Assembly: GCA_900550495.1 (NCBI GenBank)
Contig: URSJ01000002.1
Location: 570 to 64,569, forward strand
Reading direction: 5' to 3'
Length of the DNA: 64,000 nt
Origin: an uncultured Rickettsiales bacterium
GTDB lineage: Bacteria; Pseudomonadota; Alphaproteobacteria; Rs-D84
Below, piece by piece: positions 10,758-20,805 of this stretch; the first letter of the stretch is position 1; the number at the start of each line of letters is the position of its first letter. Under the pieces are notes generated by a model. That model saw only the letters and a list, made by a program, of their open reading frames with translations, did not search any database and was not told the origin of the DNA. Both the position numbers and the translations under genes were made by a program.

Positions 10758-11772
10758 ATTTTATAAATTTTGCGATTTTACATTTTATTTTATGCGCCCA
10801 TGCAAATGGCGGATTGTCCAGTGCGCCACATGCACGTAATTGAACAAAATATTTTCTGGCAATTTCTATGTCTGCCTGGTTGTCCAAATATTTAATTTTG
10901 CGGTATGCCCATTTAATAAAGTACCAACGGAATTTGCGCGACCACATATCCATCTGGTATGGAGTAGCCTTGTCCCTGTATAATTCATACGACGCGCGAA
11001 TACCGGTGCACAGACTTTGCATAATCTTTAACTGTTTGGACGACAAAACAATTCCGCCAAAATTCGGGACATAGAAATATAACGGCAATGGCGCGATAGT
11101 CACACGCGGTTTTTTCAACATCACTTCGGACCACCACGGAAAATCTTCAAACAAGATTCCCTTGATAAACGGCGTATCTGCAATTAATTCGCGACGATAC
11201 AGATTTTTCCATACCTGGCAATGTTTAATCAACCACTTGCGTTTCGGGTTAAACGCGTTGTGCGCACGTTCGGTTGCATATCTGTATACATCATCAGTTA
11301 CCAGTGTTTTTATACGCGCCACATCATATTTTTTATGCATACGTTCTGGTACCACAGAATCTGTATCCATACGCAACATATGTCGCACCATCAACTGGGG
11401 TCGATAAATTCGGTCATATGTAAATGACACAATATCCGAACCATCACGCATTGCCAAATAGTGAGTAATTTCCATTGTCTGGGGATGAATAAAATCATCA
11501 CTGTCCAGATACAAAATATATTTACCTGTGGCGACCGCCATGCCGGCATTACGCGCATCAGACAGGCCACCATTTTCCTTGTTCACAATTTTAAATCTGG
11601 AATCACGCGCAGCGTATTCAGACAAAATGACGGCAGAACCATCTGGACTGCCGTCATTGACACAAATCGCTTCCCAATCTTGAAATGTCTGATTTAAAAC
11701 ACTGTCCAGACATCTGCGTAAATACTTTTCTACATTGTATATCGGTATTATTACAGAAATTGCGGGCATCAT
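10735..11772 (-). CDS. Family 2 glycosyltransferase (paralogue 2 of tandem pair)
   Basis: The GT2 motifs SVIIPIYNVEKYLRRCLDSVLNQTF...NDGSPD...DSDD are present. It is collinear with the neighbour over its full length and overlaps it by 23 nt. Confidence 0.8.
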   Translation of the reverse strand: MMPAISVIIPIYNVEKYLRRCLDSVLNQTFQDWEAICVNDGSPDGSAVILSEYAARDSRFKIVNKENGGLSDARNAGMAVATGKYILYLDSDDFIHPQTMEITHYLAMRDGSDIVSFTYDRIYRPQLMVRHMLRMDTDSVVPERMHKKYDVARIKTLVTDDVYRYATERAHNAFNPKRKWLIKHCQVWKNLYRRELIADTPFIKGILFEDFPWWSEVMLKKPRVTIAPLPLYFYVPNFGGIVLSSKQLKIMQSLCTGIRASYELYRDKATPYQMDMWSRKFRWYFIKWAYRKIKYLDNQADIEIARKYFVQLRACGALDNPPFAWAHKIKCKIAKFIKCGCCNAK

Positions 11773-11788
11773 ATTTTCCTTTGTTTTT

Positions 11789-12700
11789 TTATTTATTCAT
11801 GTGATTTATCATTTCATCGGCAACACTGCCCGGAATAGGATTTTTGGCCCATGGGCTGTTATATGCAGTTTTTTGAAAAAACGCACCCGATGTATATTTA
11901 TCAAACAATTTTTTACTGTATGGTTCGTTTGCGATTGACCACCAGACCGCATGCGTTGGGTCTTGGTCAATATGTGGCATTGCATCAAAATATTTTTTTG
12001 CAATCGGGTCATGCTGAACCAATGCCTTGAACATCAACTGGTGCATAAAATAGTCAAATTCGCGTGGTTCGGTCAACCAGAAATTCAATATCGTTTGTCG
12101 CCAGGCGGCCAACAGATATGACCCACGACGCGCACGAATAAAACAGTTCTGAATAAAACTGTATGGACTGCCCACGTTATGACCCGCCATATAAACAAAG
12201 AAATCCTGATTTATAATTTCATCTGGGATTGGCGCAGTTGCAAAGGCTGTTGAATCCAACCAAATACCACCATGCTCATATAATAATTCCACACGACAAA
12301 TATCCGCAAAGTGCGCATGCTTTATCTGGCCCGCTTTGCGTTTTGCAACGATTTCAGGTGGCAGCGTAATGTAATCCCAAACGGTGTTTTCGTCCAACAC
12401 AACCAATTCTTGTTTGCAGTTTTTACGAATACTGCGAAAACATGCCTTGACCAACGGTGGTGCTTTGTCTTCGCCCTGCAACCACAATGTCCAAATTTTT
12501 TCATTTTTGTCATCGTGAATTGGCGCAGTTTCTGGAATCGTTCCCTGTGCTGGCACATACCGCGCCATATACCGCGGAATCGCCGTCGCTGCAACATCAC
12601 AACGATGCTGACGGCGCACGTCACGCGACCGCCACAGCGGATTTAACACGTGCGCACGCAACACAATATCAGCCAATGCAAACGTTCTGGATAATTTCAT
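11789..12700 (-). CDS. Capsular-polysaccharide-synthesis / DXD sugar-binding glycosyltransferase-like protein
   Basis: FADICRVELLYEHGGIWLDSTAF resembles the xD..R..lL..yGGiYlDxD signature of the Gly_transf_sug/Caps_synth families. Confidence 0.5.
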   Translation of the reverse strand: MKLSRTFALADIVLRAHVLNPLWRSRDVRRQHRCDVAATAIPRYMARYVPAQGTIPETAPIHDDKNEKIWTLWLQGEDKAPPLVKACFRSIRKNCKQELVVLDENTVWDYITLPPEIVAKRKAGQIKHAHFADICRVELLYEHGGIWLDSTAFATAPIPDEIINQDFFVYMAGHNVGSPYSFIQNCFIRARRGSYLLAAWRQTILNFWLTEPREFDYFMHQLMFKALVQHDPIAKKYFDAMPHIDQDPTHAVWWSIANEPYSKKLFDKYTSGAFFQKTAYNSPWAKNPIPGSVADEMINHMNK

Positions 12701-12724
12701 TACACACCCCTGATTTTAATTACT

Positions 12725-13801
12725 TTATTCTGTTTCTGGCACGTCCATATCGTCATCAACAGGCCCTGTTGTCATTTCTTCGGCAATGCCAGACGCGCGT
12801 GCCATAATTTTATCCAACAAATCTTTTTGGGCATCTGGGTGATCTTTCAGCCACTGACGGGCATTTGCCTCGCCCTGCCCCATGCGTTCACTGTTATATG
12901 AATAGAAACTCCCTGCCTTTTCAATCAAATCGTATTTCACGCCCATATCCAAGATTTCACTGATGCGCGAAATCCCTTCGCCATACATAATTTTGAAATC
13001 AACTGTGCGGAACGGTGGTGCAACCTTGTTTTTCACGACTTTGACCCGGGTTTCATTACCGATAACGTTTTCTTTATCTTTGATTTGCCCTGTGCGGCGA
13101 ATATCCAAACGAACCGACGCATAGAACTTTAACGCATTACCGCCTGATGTCGTTTCTGGATTACCAAACATAACACCAATTTTCATACGAATCTGATTGA
13201 TGAAAATCAGCAACGTATTACTGCGCGAAACCGAACCAGCCAGTTTTTTCAAACTCTGTGACATTAAACGCGCCGTCGTGCCAACAAAGGAATCACCAAT
13301 ATTCCCTTCCAGTTCTGCCTTGGGCACCAGGGCCGCGACCGAATCAATAACAACAACATCGACCGCCCCAGATTTAATCAGTGTATCTGCGATTTCCAAT
13401 GCCTGTTCGCCCGAATCAGGCTGAGATATAATCAGGTTTGCAACATCAACGCCTAACTTTTTTGCATACGATGGGTCCAGCGCATTTTCTGCATCAATAT
13501 ACGCACACGTGCCACCTTTCTTTTGCGCCTCTGCCACAGCGTGCAATGCCAACGTTGTTTTACCAGAACTTTCTGGGCCATATATTTCAACGATACGTCC
13601 ACGTGGATAACCGCCGATTCCCAATGCAATATCCAGTCCCAATGAACCAGACGAAATCGCCTCTATATTCTGTTGCGAGCCGTCGCCCATTTTCATAATG
13701 GCTTCTTTGCCAAACTGTTTTTGAATTTGTGCCAGCGCAGATTCCAATGCCGGATTTTTTGCCGGTGCGCTCGCGTCTTTTACTGCTTCTTTCTTTGCCA
13801 T
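12725..13801 (-). CDS. recA: Recombinase RecA
   Basis: The Walker A motif GPESSGKTT is present, along with [13 protein letters not shown], the L1/L2 regions and the [32 protein letters not shown] block. Confidence 0.95.
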   Translation of the reverse strand: MAKKEAVKDASAPAKNPALESALAQIQKQFGKEAIMKMGDGSQQNIEAISSGSLGLDIALGIGGYPRGRIVEIYGPESSGKTTLALHAVAEAQKKGGTCAYIDAENALDPSYAKKLGVDVANLIISQPDSGEQALEIADTLIKSGAVDVVVIDSVAALVPKAELEGNIGDSFVGTTARLMSQSLKKLAGSVSRSNTLLIFINQIRMKIGVMFGNPETTSGGNALKFYASVRLDIRRTGQIKDKENVIGNETRVKVVKNKVAPPFRTVDFKIMYGEGISRISEILDMGVKYDLIEKAGSFYSYNSERMGQGEANARQWLKDHPDAQKDLLDKIMARASGIAEEMTTGPVDDDMDVPETE

Positions 13802-13879
13802 ACAAAATCCCCTTTTCTTATAGTAAAATCATACACGGAATTATGATGTGGCGCAATGAAAATAAAACAGTGACAAAGA

Positions 13880-15064
13880 TTATTTTTTGGCAATCAGCAT
13901 CATCGCAGACAACACGCCAATCAGCGCAGTCACAACCCAAACTGCAGATGTTCCGCCAAACACGGTAATACAAATCGCCCCCAGCATAGGCGCAACAACG
14001 TTTGGTAAATTCACACTGGTGCGAAATACACCATAGAAACGCGTCTGTTCTGATTTCTTGGTATTATCAAAGAACAATAAATCGTGCACCGATTCCATCA
14101 ATGCGCCCGAAATTTGCCATGCGATAAATATAACCAGCAACGGGTATCCTGTAACAAATGTTGCCAACGCAGACAACGCCGCAAACGATAAAAATCCGGC
14201 CAACAACCAAATTCGCTTTCCAAATCGACGCACCAAACGCCCCATAATCTCGGACAATAACAGATACGGTATAATTCCCAGGGTCAAAACCCACCCCAGT
14301 GCCTCGTTCGTGAAACCATTTTCAATAACGACGATAGGTACATACAAATATCGCATCGCACGCAATGAATAATATCCAAAATTTACAATATAGGCGCGCG
14401 TCATTCCTGTCTTTTTGAAAAATGCAATTGTATTGCGCATCAACGCGCGTGCCGTGCGACGCGGACTGACTGGTTTTATCTGTTTATCTTGTTGCACAAC
14501 ACGAAAATATTTAAACGTCGCCCATCCGGCCAGATATATTACCGCAGACGCAAAGAACGCGGCCCGATTTCCTGCGGCACTTGATATGGCGACCGCAACC
14601 ATTGGCGCAAAAAACGCCCCTATATTCAGCCACAGATGATACCGCGAATTCAACCGCGCCATACCAATCCCACGCGAAAAATCCGACATAAACAGCGGTA
14701 TCAGCATCGTCGTCAGCGTAATCGCAATCCCGGTTGTATAGTCTAGTATAATAAACGTGCCGGGGCGTATAGAAAAACTCATCATCGCATAACACACCGC
14801 CAACATCAGCATTGCAAAATAAAATACACGCACCTTGGAAAACTGGCGAAACAGTTCATTTGCGAACAGCCCAACAACCATACAAAACGCCGCATACAGC
14901 GCGACATACACACCGACAACGGCCGATGAACGAAATATTTCCAACAAGACCAGCGAATATACCGCATTATAAATACCATCAGCAAACCCTGTGAACAACC
15001 CCAGGTTTGCAAAAGAAAAACCACTGACAGAATTTCTAACTGATAAATATTTATCTTTGGCCAT
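13880..15064 (-). CDS. MFS-type transporter
   Basis: The 394-aa protein is hydrophobic throughout, with about 12 predicted TM segments and a central basic loop (SPRRTARALMRN). The substrate is unknown. Confidence 0.55.
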   Translation of the reverse strand: MAKDKYLSVRNSVSGFSFANLGLFTGFADGIYNAVYSLVLLEIFRSSAVVGVYVALYAAFCMVVGLFANELFRQFSKVRVFYFAMLMLAVCYAMMSFSIRPGTFIILDYTTGIAITLTTMLIPLFMSDFSRGIGMARLNSRYHLWLNIGAFFAPMVAVAISSAAGNRAAFFASAVIYLAGWATFKYFRVVQQDKQIKPVSPRRTARALMRNTIAFFKKTGMTRAYIVNFGYYSLRAMRYLYVPIVVIENGFTNEALGWVLTLGIIPYLLLSEIMGRLVRRFGKRIWLLAGFLSFAALSALATFVTGYPLLVIFIAWQISGALMESVHDLLFFDNTKKSEQTRFYGVFRTSVNLPNVVAPMLGAICITVFGGTSAVWVVTALIGVLSAMMLIAKK

Positions 15065-15113
15065 AACGGACAGATTTTATCATAAAAAGGTAAAAATTCA
15101 AAATGCCACAGGC

Positions 15114-15443
15114 TTATTTTCTGAAACTTATTTTTCCAATCGCGTCGCGCCCAAAATAATTATTCAATTTTTCTGTGATTTCGGCAGTCATATATGACAA
15201 CTGTAATGTAAATGCCGGACTGATTGGGCGGATTGCAACGTTATAACGTCCGTCACGCATTTTTTTTATTGCTGCAACCTGCGCCACAGATGAAATTTCC
15301 GGCCCCATAATTTCCGACCAATGTGCAACTAAATCAGCATCAGATGCACGCACGCCAAAATTTCGCATCAGACCACCAAGTGCGCCCGCAATAGTTTGCG
15401 GACGACACACGCGTTTTGAAAATTTATCTGGTTGGTTTGACAT
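15114..15443 (-). CDS. DUF721 (DciA-like) protein
   Basis: The small protein has the W..ivG..ia....p..l..g.L.v......a..L pattern (HWSEIMGPEISSVAQVAAIKK...NVAIRPISPAFTLQLSY). It overlaps the mltA stop. Confidence 0.6.
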   Translation of the reverse strand: MSNQPDKFSKRVCRPQTIAGALGGLMRNFGVRASDADLVAHWSEIMGPEISSVAQVAAIKKMRDGRYNVAIRPISPAFTLQLSYMTAEITEKLNNYFGRDAIGKISFRK

Positions 15444-16527
15444 ACGTATATTCTTTGGGCATCAAGATAAACATTTCGCCTTGGGCATGTTGACCATGAG
15501 CAAACTTATAGGCCTCGTCCCCTTTGCCAAAGAATATGTCAGCACGAATCCAACCACGAATTGCACTGCCTGTATCCTGGGCAATCATCAACCGACGGAA
15601 ACGTCGTCCATCAGACAAGTTCGTGCTGATATACACCGGCATTCCTAATGTATAAATACTGTCGTCCATGGCGATTGAACGAATCTTGGACAGTGGTGTG
15701 CCCAATTTTCCAATTACATCTGGTGGTACAGATTCATAGAAATACACATAGCGTGGATTTTTATAAATCACATCACGTGCCAGCGTCGGGTTCTTTTTCA
15801 AATACGACCAAACCGCATCAGCCGAATACCCATTATCTGGACGAATACCACGACTGCGCAATTCTTCGCCAATAGATTTAAACGGCATATCATTGACCGC
15901 AGCAAAGTTTAATTTCACCATTTTTCCATCGTCCAGTTGCAACATGCCGCTGCCCTGAATCTGAATATTTTGGACATCAACAATATTTGCCCAATACAGA
16001 ACGCGACCAATTTGCTTTTCTACGATGTCTTTTTTGGCAACGCCCTTGTAGGCACGACCATCGGTTGGCACGCCCATCAACGGTTCATTGCACGCAGCGG
16101 TCTTGGTTCTGCATGCCGGTATAATTGGGGAATAGTATCCCGTGTATGTCCCGCGGTCTGTGCCATTATCGTTATAAACCTTGTATGGTTGAAAGTTAGA
16201 TTCAAACCATGCACGCACAGTTGCTGTATCCGCCGATGCCGACGGCAACATTCTGCACTTTTCTGCGAACAGTTCGCGGTCTGGAATTACACGACCCGTG
16301 TATTGAATCTTTGCCTTGCACGAATTACGGAACGCCTGCAAAGCGTAACGAACATCATCATCGCGCCACCCCGGCAGTTCACTGTATGAAACCCGACGCA
16401 GATTTGATGGCACGACAGAATTATCACCGGTATGCGTTGGTGTCGACAAATCACATGCCGCTAACGCGATTACACCACACATAACGGCCAACCACTTTGT
16501 TATGCTGAAAAATTTCCCATCCGCCAT
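15424..16527 (-). CDS. mltA: Membrane-bound lytic murein transglycosylase A
   Basis: The N-terminal lipobox is ALAAC. An MltA-specific region and a C-terminal 3D domain are present (AQDTGSAIRGWIRADIFFGKGDEAYKFAG-like). Confidence 0.8.
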   Translation of the reverse strand: MADGKFFSITKWLAVMCGVIALAACDLSTPTHTGDNSVVPSNLRRVSYSELPGWRDDDVRYALQAFRNSCKAKIQYTGRVIPDRELFAEKCRMLPSASADTATVRAWFESNFQPYKVYNDNGTDRGTYTGYYSPIIPACRTKTAACNEPLMGVPTDGRAYKGVAKKDIVEKQIGRVLYWANIVDVQNIQIQGSGMLQLDDGKMVKLNFAAVNDMPFKSIGEELRSRGIRPDNGYSADAVWSYLKKNPTLARDVIYKNPRYVYFYESVPPDVIGKLGTPLSKIRSIAMDDSIYTLGMPVYISTNLSDGRRFRRLMIAQDTGSAIRGWIRADIFFGKGDEAYKFAHGQHAQGEMFILMPKEYTYVKPTR

Positions 16528-16640
16528 TTTTTGTTGCCTCTCCCACTTGTAAAATAATTTTATGATGCTATATTATCATAAAACACGGGGTCAAGTCCAG
16601 AACGGGTTTTATCCCCACAGTATCACAGGAGTAAAACATA

Positions 16641-17087
16641 ATGGCAAAATTTAAAATCATTTCCCAGTTTTTAAAAGACATCTCGTTTGAGAGTCCAAAC
16701 GTCCCAGAATTGTTCTTTAAACAGGACAACGGCCAGGCGAAATTGGAAATCAACATTGATATCCAGATAAAGGGCGCAGAAAACAACCTGTTTATGGTCG
16801 ACCTGGTGACCAAGGTTCATTCAAAACTGGACGCGGGCGATAAATCAATATTCTTGATTGAATCTACATATTCTGGCCTGGTTCAAATGGACGAAGAAAA
16901 TGATGAAGAAACGAAAAAGCGCACATTGCTGATTGATGTTCCGACCCTGTTATTCCCGGCGGTTCGCAGTCTGATTGTTCGCCTGACATCTGAATCTGGT
17001 TTCCCAACATTTGCGATGCAGCCGGTTGATTTCGCCGAACTGTATGCCCAGAAACAGGCACAAAACGCTGCAGCAAATGCGAAATAA
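16641..17087 (+). CDS. secB: Protein-export chaperone SecB
   Basis: The 148-aa protein begins KIISQFLKDISFESPNVPE and has an acidic C-terminal region, as in SecB. Confidence 0.85.
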   Translation: MAKFKIISQFLKDISFESPNVPELFFKQDNGQAKLEINIDIQIKGAENNLFMVDLVTKVHSKLDAGDKSIFLIESTYSGLVQMDEENDEETKKRTLLIDVPTLLFPAVRSLIVRLTSESGFPTFAMQPVDFAELYAQKQAQNAAANAK

Positions 17088-17102
17088 TCTACCTTGATTC
17101 AT

Positions 17103-17131
17103 AAAAAAATGCGCCAAATCGGCGCATTTTT
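17103..17131. terminator. Bidirectional hairpin terminator between secB (+) and a convergent membrane-protein gene (-)
   Basis: The hairpin tgcgcc-aaatc-ggcgca has an A-run before it and a T-run after it. Confidence 0.7.
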
Positions 17132-17408
17132 ATTTTGAATAACGTTGCCACCAGATTGCCAATGCCGGCACCAAGAAAAATACAACCCCCAGCATTTGCC
17201 ATAATGCAATCCCGCTTATCATTGAAAAGAACATCATCATCGGCGAAACGCCCGTCACCACAACCAGTGTGAACAGGAACCCCGGCACGAACAATGCCAA
17301 CGCACCAACCACCAGCCCTAAAATTATATTTATCAAAAATGCACGAAACAATGTCGCCTGGCGCACATATAATTTCATATCTTGGATTTCATAAACTTCT
17401 TGTTTCAT
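17130..17408 (-). CDS. Small integral membrane protein (unknown function)
   Basis: The 92-aa protein has three hydrophobic helices. No family was recognised. Confidence 0.45.
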   Translation of the reverse strand: MKQEVYEIQDMKLYVRQATLFRAFLINIILGLVVGALALFVPGFLFTLVVVTGVSPMMMFFSMISGIALWQMLGVVFFLVPALAIWWQRYSK

Positions 17409-17455
17409 ATTATTCCCCTTGTGTGTTTATTTATTCTATCATATTATGCATAATT

Positions 17456-17935
17456 TCAAAAACTGAATTTACTCATATTCGCATGAGCCAGTGCAATAGC
17501 GATGGCGTCACTCTCGTCTGGGGTTTTGGGACGCGCCGCCGGCAACAAGATACGCACCATTTTATACACCTGGTCTTTGTCGGCATGCCCGGCCGATGTT
17601 AGTGCCTTTTTAATCTTGTTCGGTTCGTATTCGTATATCGGAATATCACGTGATGCAACCGCGACAATTGCCGCCGCACGTGCATGCCCCAGCGCAAGTG
17701 TTGTTTGTGGATTTTTATTCACAAATGTAATTTCAATACTGCACACATCTGGGGTAAATGTATCCACCAATTTCGAAACACCACGAAAAATATTTGCCAA
17801 TCGCATCGGCATTGCGACACGCGTCGGCGGCAGAATAACCCCGCTGGCAATATATTTTCGGTTTTGCCCCTGGGTATCAATTATGGCCCACCCGGTATGC
17901 AACAGTCCTGGGTCAATCCCCAAAATTCGTGTCAT
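17456..17935 (-). CDS. ruvC: Holliday junction resolvase RuvC
   Basis: The sequence reads ILGIDPGLLHTGWAII...ESDAIAIALAH, with the catalytic D/E/D/D positions in the expected order. Confidence 0.92.
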   Translation of the reverse strand: MTRILGIDPGLLHTGWAIIDTQGQNRKYIASGVILPPTRVAMPMRLANIFRGVSKLVDTFTPDVCSIEITFVNKNPQTTLALGHARAAAIVAVASRDIPIYEYEPNKIKKALTSAGHADKDQVYKMVRILLPAARPKTPDESDAIAIALAHANMSKFSF

Positions 17936-17968
17936 ATTAAACGTCCCTTTGTGTAATAATTATACCAT

Positions 17969-17998
17969 AAAAAAGACCGGTTTTCGCCGGTCTTTTTT
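17969..17998. terminator. Hairpin terminator downstream of yebC / upstream of ruvC
   Basis: The hairpin agaccgg-ttttcg-ccggtct is flanked by A- and T-runs. Confidence 0.65.
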
Positions 17999-18017
17999 AT
18001 ATTTTTTACGCGCTGCG

Positions 18018-18734
18018 TTATGCCGCCGCAGTGAACACTTTTTGAACATCGTCATTATCGTCCAATGCGTCCACCAGTTTTTCTAATTTGGCATACGCTT
18101 CGTCGTCCAGGTCAACCGGCATATTCGGAACCCAGGTCAATTCTGCATTATCTGGTTCGCCCAGCGCATCATTCAACGCCTTTTGCACGGTCATAAAATC
18201 GTCCGGTTTGGTTGTGATAATGAAACCTTCGTCCGACGTTTCCAGGTTGTCCGCACCCGTATCCATGATAATTTCCATCATTTCATCTTCGGTTTTTCCG
18301 ATGGATGCCGGATACATAATCTGACCTGCGCGTGTGAACATAAACACAACAGACCCCTCTTCGCCCATATTACCACCGTTTTTCGCAAATATGTTGCGGA
18401 TTTCCGGCACAGTGCGACGCGGGTTGTCGGTCAACGCCTCTACAATAACGGGAACAGCGTTCGGGCCATAGCCTTCATAGCGCACGGCAACATAGTTTTC
18501 AGTATTGCTGCCCGACGCCTTGTCAATCGCGCGTTTAATGTTATCGTTCGGCATAGAATTCTTGCGTGCTTGTAATATAGCCAAACGCAAACGCGGATTA
18601 TTGTCCGGATTTTTATCGCCCAGTTTGGCCGCCATCGTTATTTCACGCGCCAGTTTTGTGAACAAACCGCTGCGTGCGGCGTCCACGGCACCCTTTTTAT
18701 GCTGAATATTGTGCCATTTGCTGTGTCCACTCAT
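18018..18734 (-). CDS. yebC: YebC/PmpR family DNA-binding transcriptional regulator
   Basis: The characteristic N-terminus MSGHSKWHNIQHKKG is present, and the protein is 238 aa. Confidence 0.9.
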   Translation of the reverse strand: MSGHSKWHNIQHKKGAVDAARSGLFTKLAREITMAAKLGDKNPDNNPRLRLAILQARKNSMPNDNIKRAIDKASGSNTENYVAVRYEGYGPNAVPVIVEALTDNPRRTVPEIRNIFAKNGGNMGEEGSVVFMFTRAGQIMYPASIGKTEDEMMEIIMDTGADNLETSDEGFIITTKPDDFMTVQKALNDALGEPDNAELTWVPNMPVDLDDEAYAKLEKLVDALDDNDDVQKVFTAAA

Positions 18735-18784
18735 ATTTGACCTTTTACTTTAATTAGATTAGAATTACCACAAAAGGATAACAA

Positions 18785-19369
18785 ATGATTGGCAAATTGC
18801 AAGGGGTTGTTGATTATATTGGCGACGGCTTCGTGATTTTGATGGCGGGCCCTGTCGGCTACAAGGTTTTTACCCCAGATGCGCTGTCCCCACGCGAAAC
18901 AGTCGCGTTATGGATTGAAACTGTCGTGCGCGAAGATTCAATCCGCCTGTTCGGGTTCAGAACGCTGGCGGCGCAAAACCTGTTCGTGCAACTGACGGGC
19001 GTATCTGGTGTCGGGCCCAAGGGTGCATTGTCCATACTGAACACATTACCAACCGACGCGCTGATGTCCGCCATTGCAACGGGCGATGCCAAAACAATCA
19101 CTGCCGCGCCTGGCGTCGGGAAAAAGGTGGCCGAAAAAATCATCATTGAACTAAAAAGCAAGGTTGCCAATTCTGCATTTGAATTTACCACAACCGATGG
19201 TGGCGCGTTGGGCTCTGCCCTGCCCGATTTACTGGCGGCGTTGGAATCATTGGGCTATCGCCGTCTGGACATTGTTGAAATGGCGCAAAAACTGGTTGCC
19301 GCAAATCCAGGGCTAGATGTTGCGCACCTGGTCCCATTGGCACTGAAAGAAATATCTGGAAATAAATAA
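18785..19369 (+). CDS. ruvA: Holliday junction DNA helicase subunit RuvA
   Basis: The sequence MIGKLQG...V...GYKV forms the OB fold. HhH motifs are present (LTGVSGVGPKGAL, APGVGKKVAEKII). Confidence 0.9.
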   Translation: MIGKLQGVVDYIGDGFVILMAGPVGYKVFTPDALSPRETVALWIETVVREDSIRLFGFRTLAAQNLFVQLTGVSGVGPKGALSILNTLPTDALMSAIATGDAKTITAAPGVGKKVAEKIIIELKSKVANSAFEFTTTDGGALGSALPDLLAALESLGYRRLDIVEMAQKLVAANPGLDVAHLVPLALKEISGNK

Positions 19370-20673
19370 TGAATAATAACGATACAATTTTTGTCCTGTC
19401 GTCGGGGCACGGGAAAAGTGGCGTTGCCGTTGTGCGAATTGCAGGCGATAATCTGCGCGATTTGTTTGCGCGATTACTGGGGCGCAATAATTTTGATGTG
19501 CGTCACGCGTATTTTACAAATCTGGCCGATAATGCCGGCGATTTGATTGACCAGGTAATTTTAGTTTTCTTTGCCGCACCACATTCGTTCACCGGCACAG
19601 ACGTTATTGAAATCCACTCGCATGGGGCGCCAGCGGTGATAAATAAAATATTTGATTTTCTGTCCACAACCGGTGCGCGTATGGCATCACGTGGCGAATT
19701 TTCACGTCGCGCGTTTTATAACGGCAAAATGGATTTAACAGATATTGATGGTCTGGCCGCATTGCTGGACGCCCAGACCGAACGTCAACGTCGCGCCGCA
19801 CTGAAATCTATGATGGGTCGCGACAGTCGGATTTATGACGCCTGGCGGTCCCAGATGATTGAAATCGCCGCATACGCCGCCGCTATTTTGGATTACGCAG
19901 ATGACGAATTGCCAACAAACATTGGCGAAAAAATTCGCGACAAAGCGCAAATTTTATACAACGAAATAAACAATGCAATTTCGCGCTATGCGGCGTCACG
20001 CGCTATCCGCAGCGGATTCAACATCACATTGGCCGGCAACACAAACGCAGGTAAATCATCATTGTTTAATCACCTGGTTGGGGAAAATCGTGCGATTGTA
20101 TCTGATACACCTGGCACCACACGCGATGTTGTGTCGTGTACCCTGGATATTGACGGATACATGGTAAACATTTCTGATACCGCCGGCCTGCGCGACACAG
20201 ACGACGAAATTGAACAAATTGGGATTCAGCGCACAAATGACGAAATAAAAAATGCCGATTTGGTTTTGCATGTAATTGACGGTCAAAGTTCAGAATTTAA
20301 AGTTCAAAATTCAAATAATGAAATTATCGTTGTAAATAAATCTGACCTGTGCGATTGCAAAAATAAAAGCAATGCGATTTATGTATCAGCCAAGACGGGC
20401 GACGGAATTGATAACCTGATGATTGCAATCCGTAAAAAGATTGATGAATTAGTTGGAAATTCAGAATCACAAATCACGGTCAATGCACGCACGCGCGCCC
20501 TGATGATGGACGCACAAAACGAATTGCGCAATGCAATCACCGCTGGTGATAATTATGATATATTTTCAGAACATGTTCGCCGCGCCGCCGACGCAATCGG
20601 TAAAATCCTGGGCACAATCAGTGCCGCCGACGTAATGGACGCAACATTTTCACAACTGTGTCTGGGGAAATAA
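19369..20673 (+). CDS. mnmE: tRNA modification GTPase MnmE
   Basis: The N-terminal folate-binding domain (IFVLSSGHGKSGVAVVRIAG), the G-domain GNTNAGKSSLFN / DTAGLR / NKSD, and the C-terminal CLGK are all present. Confidence 0.9.
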   Translation: MNNNDTIFVLSSGHGKSGVAVVRIAGDNLRDLFARLLGRNNFDVRHAYFTNLADNAGDLIDQVILVFFAAPHSFTGTDVIEIHSHGAPAVINKIFDFLSTTGARMASRGEFSRRAFYNGKMDLTDIDGLAALLDAQTERQRRAALKSMMGRDSRIYDAWRSQMIEIAAYAAAILDYADDELPTNIGEKIRDKAQILYNEINNAISRYAASRAIRSGFNITLAGNTNAGKSSLFNHLVGENRAIVSDTPGTTRDVVSCTLDIDGYMVNISDTAGLRDTDDEIEQIGIQRTNDEIKNADLVLHVIDGQSSEFKVQNSNNEIIVVNKSDLCDCKNKSNAIYVSAKTGDGIDNLMIAIRKKIDELVGNSESQITVNARTRALMMDAQNELRNAITAGDNYDIFSEHVRRAADAIGKILGTISAADVMDATFSQLCLGK

Positions 20674-20705
20674 AAACCGCCCATTGGGCGGTCTAAATAT
20701 AAAGC

Positions 20706-20805
20706 AAACGGTTCATTGTGCCGACTGCGTGGGTTTAATGCGGCGTAGTGTACAAGACGTACATGAGCCACATTAAACCCGCGCAATGCGGACCGATGAC
20801 GGTTT
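20706..20805. repeat. Long imperfect palindrome, copy C of the hairpin family; its distal end overlaps the stop codon of the acyl-CoA synthetase gene
   Basis: The arm tgcgtgggtttaatgcggc pairs with gccacattaaacccgcgca around the loop GTAGTGTACAAGACGTACATGA. The outer arms ttcattgtgccgac and gtccgcat...atgac are also complementary. Confidence 0.6.
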
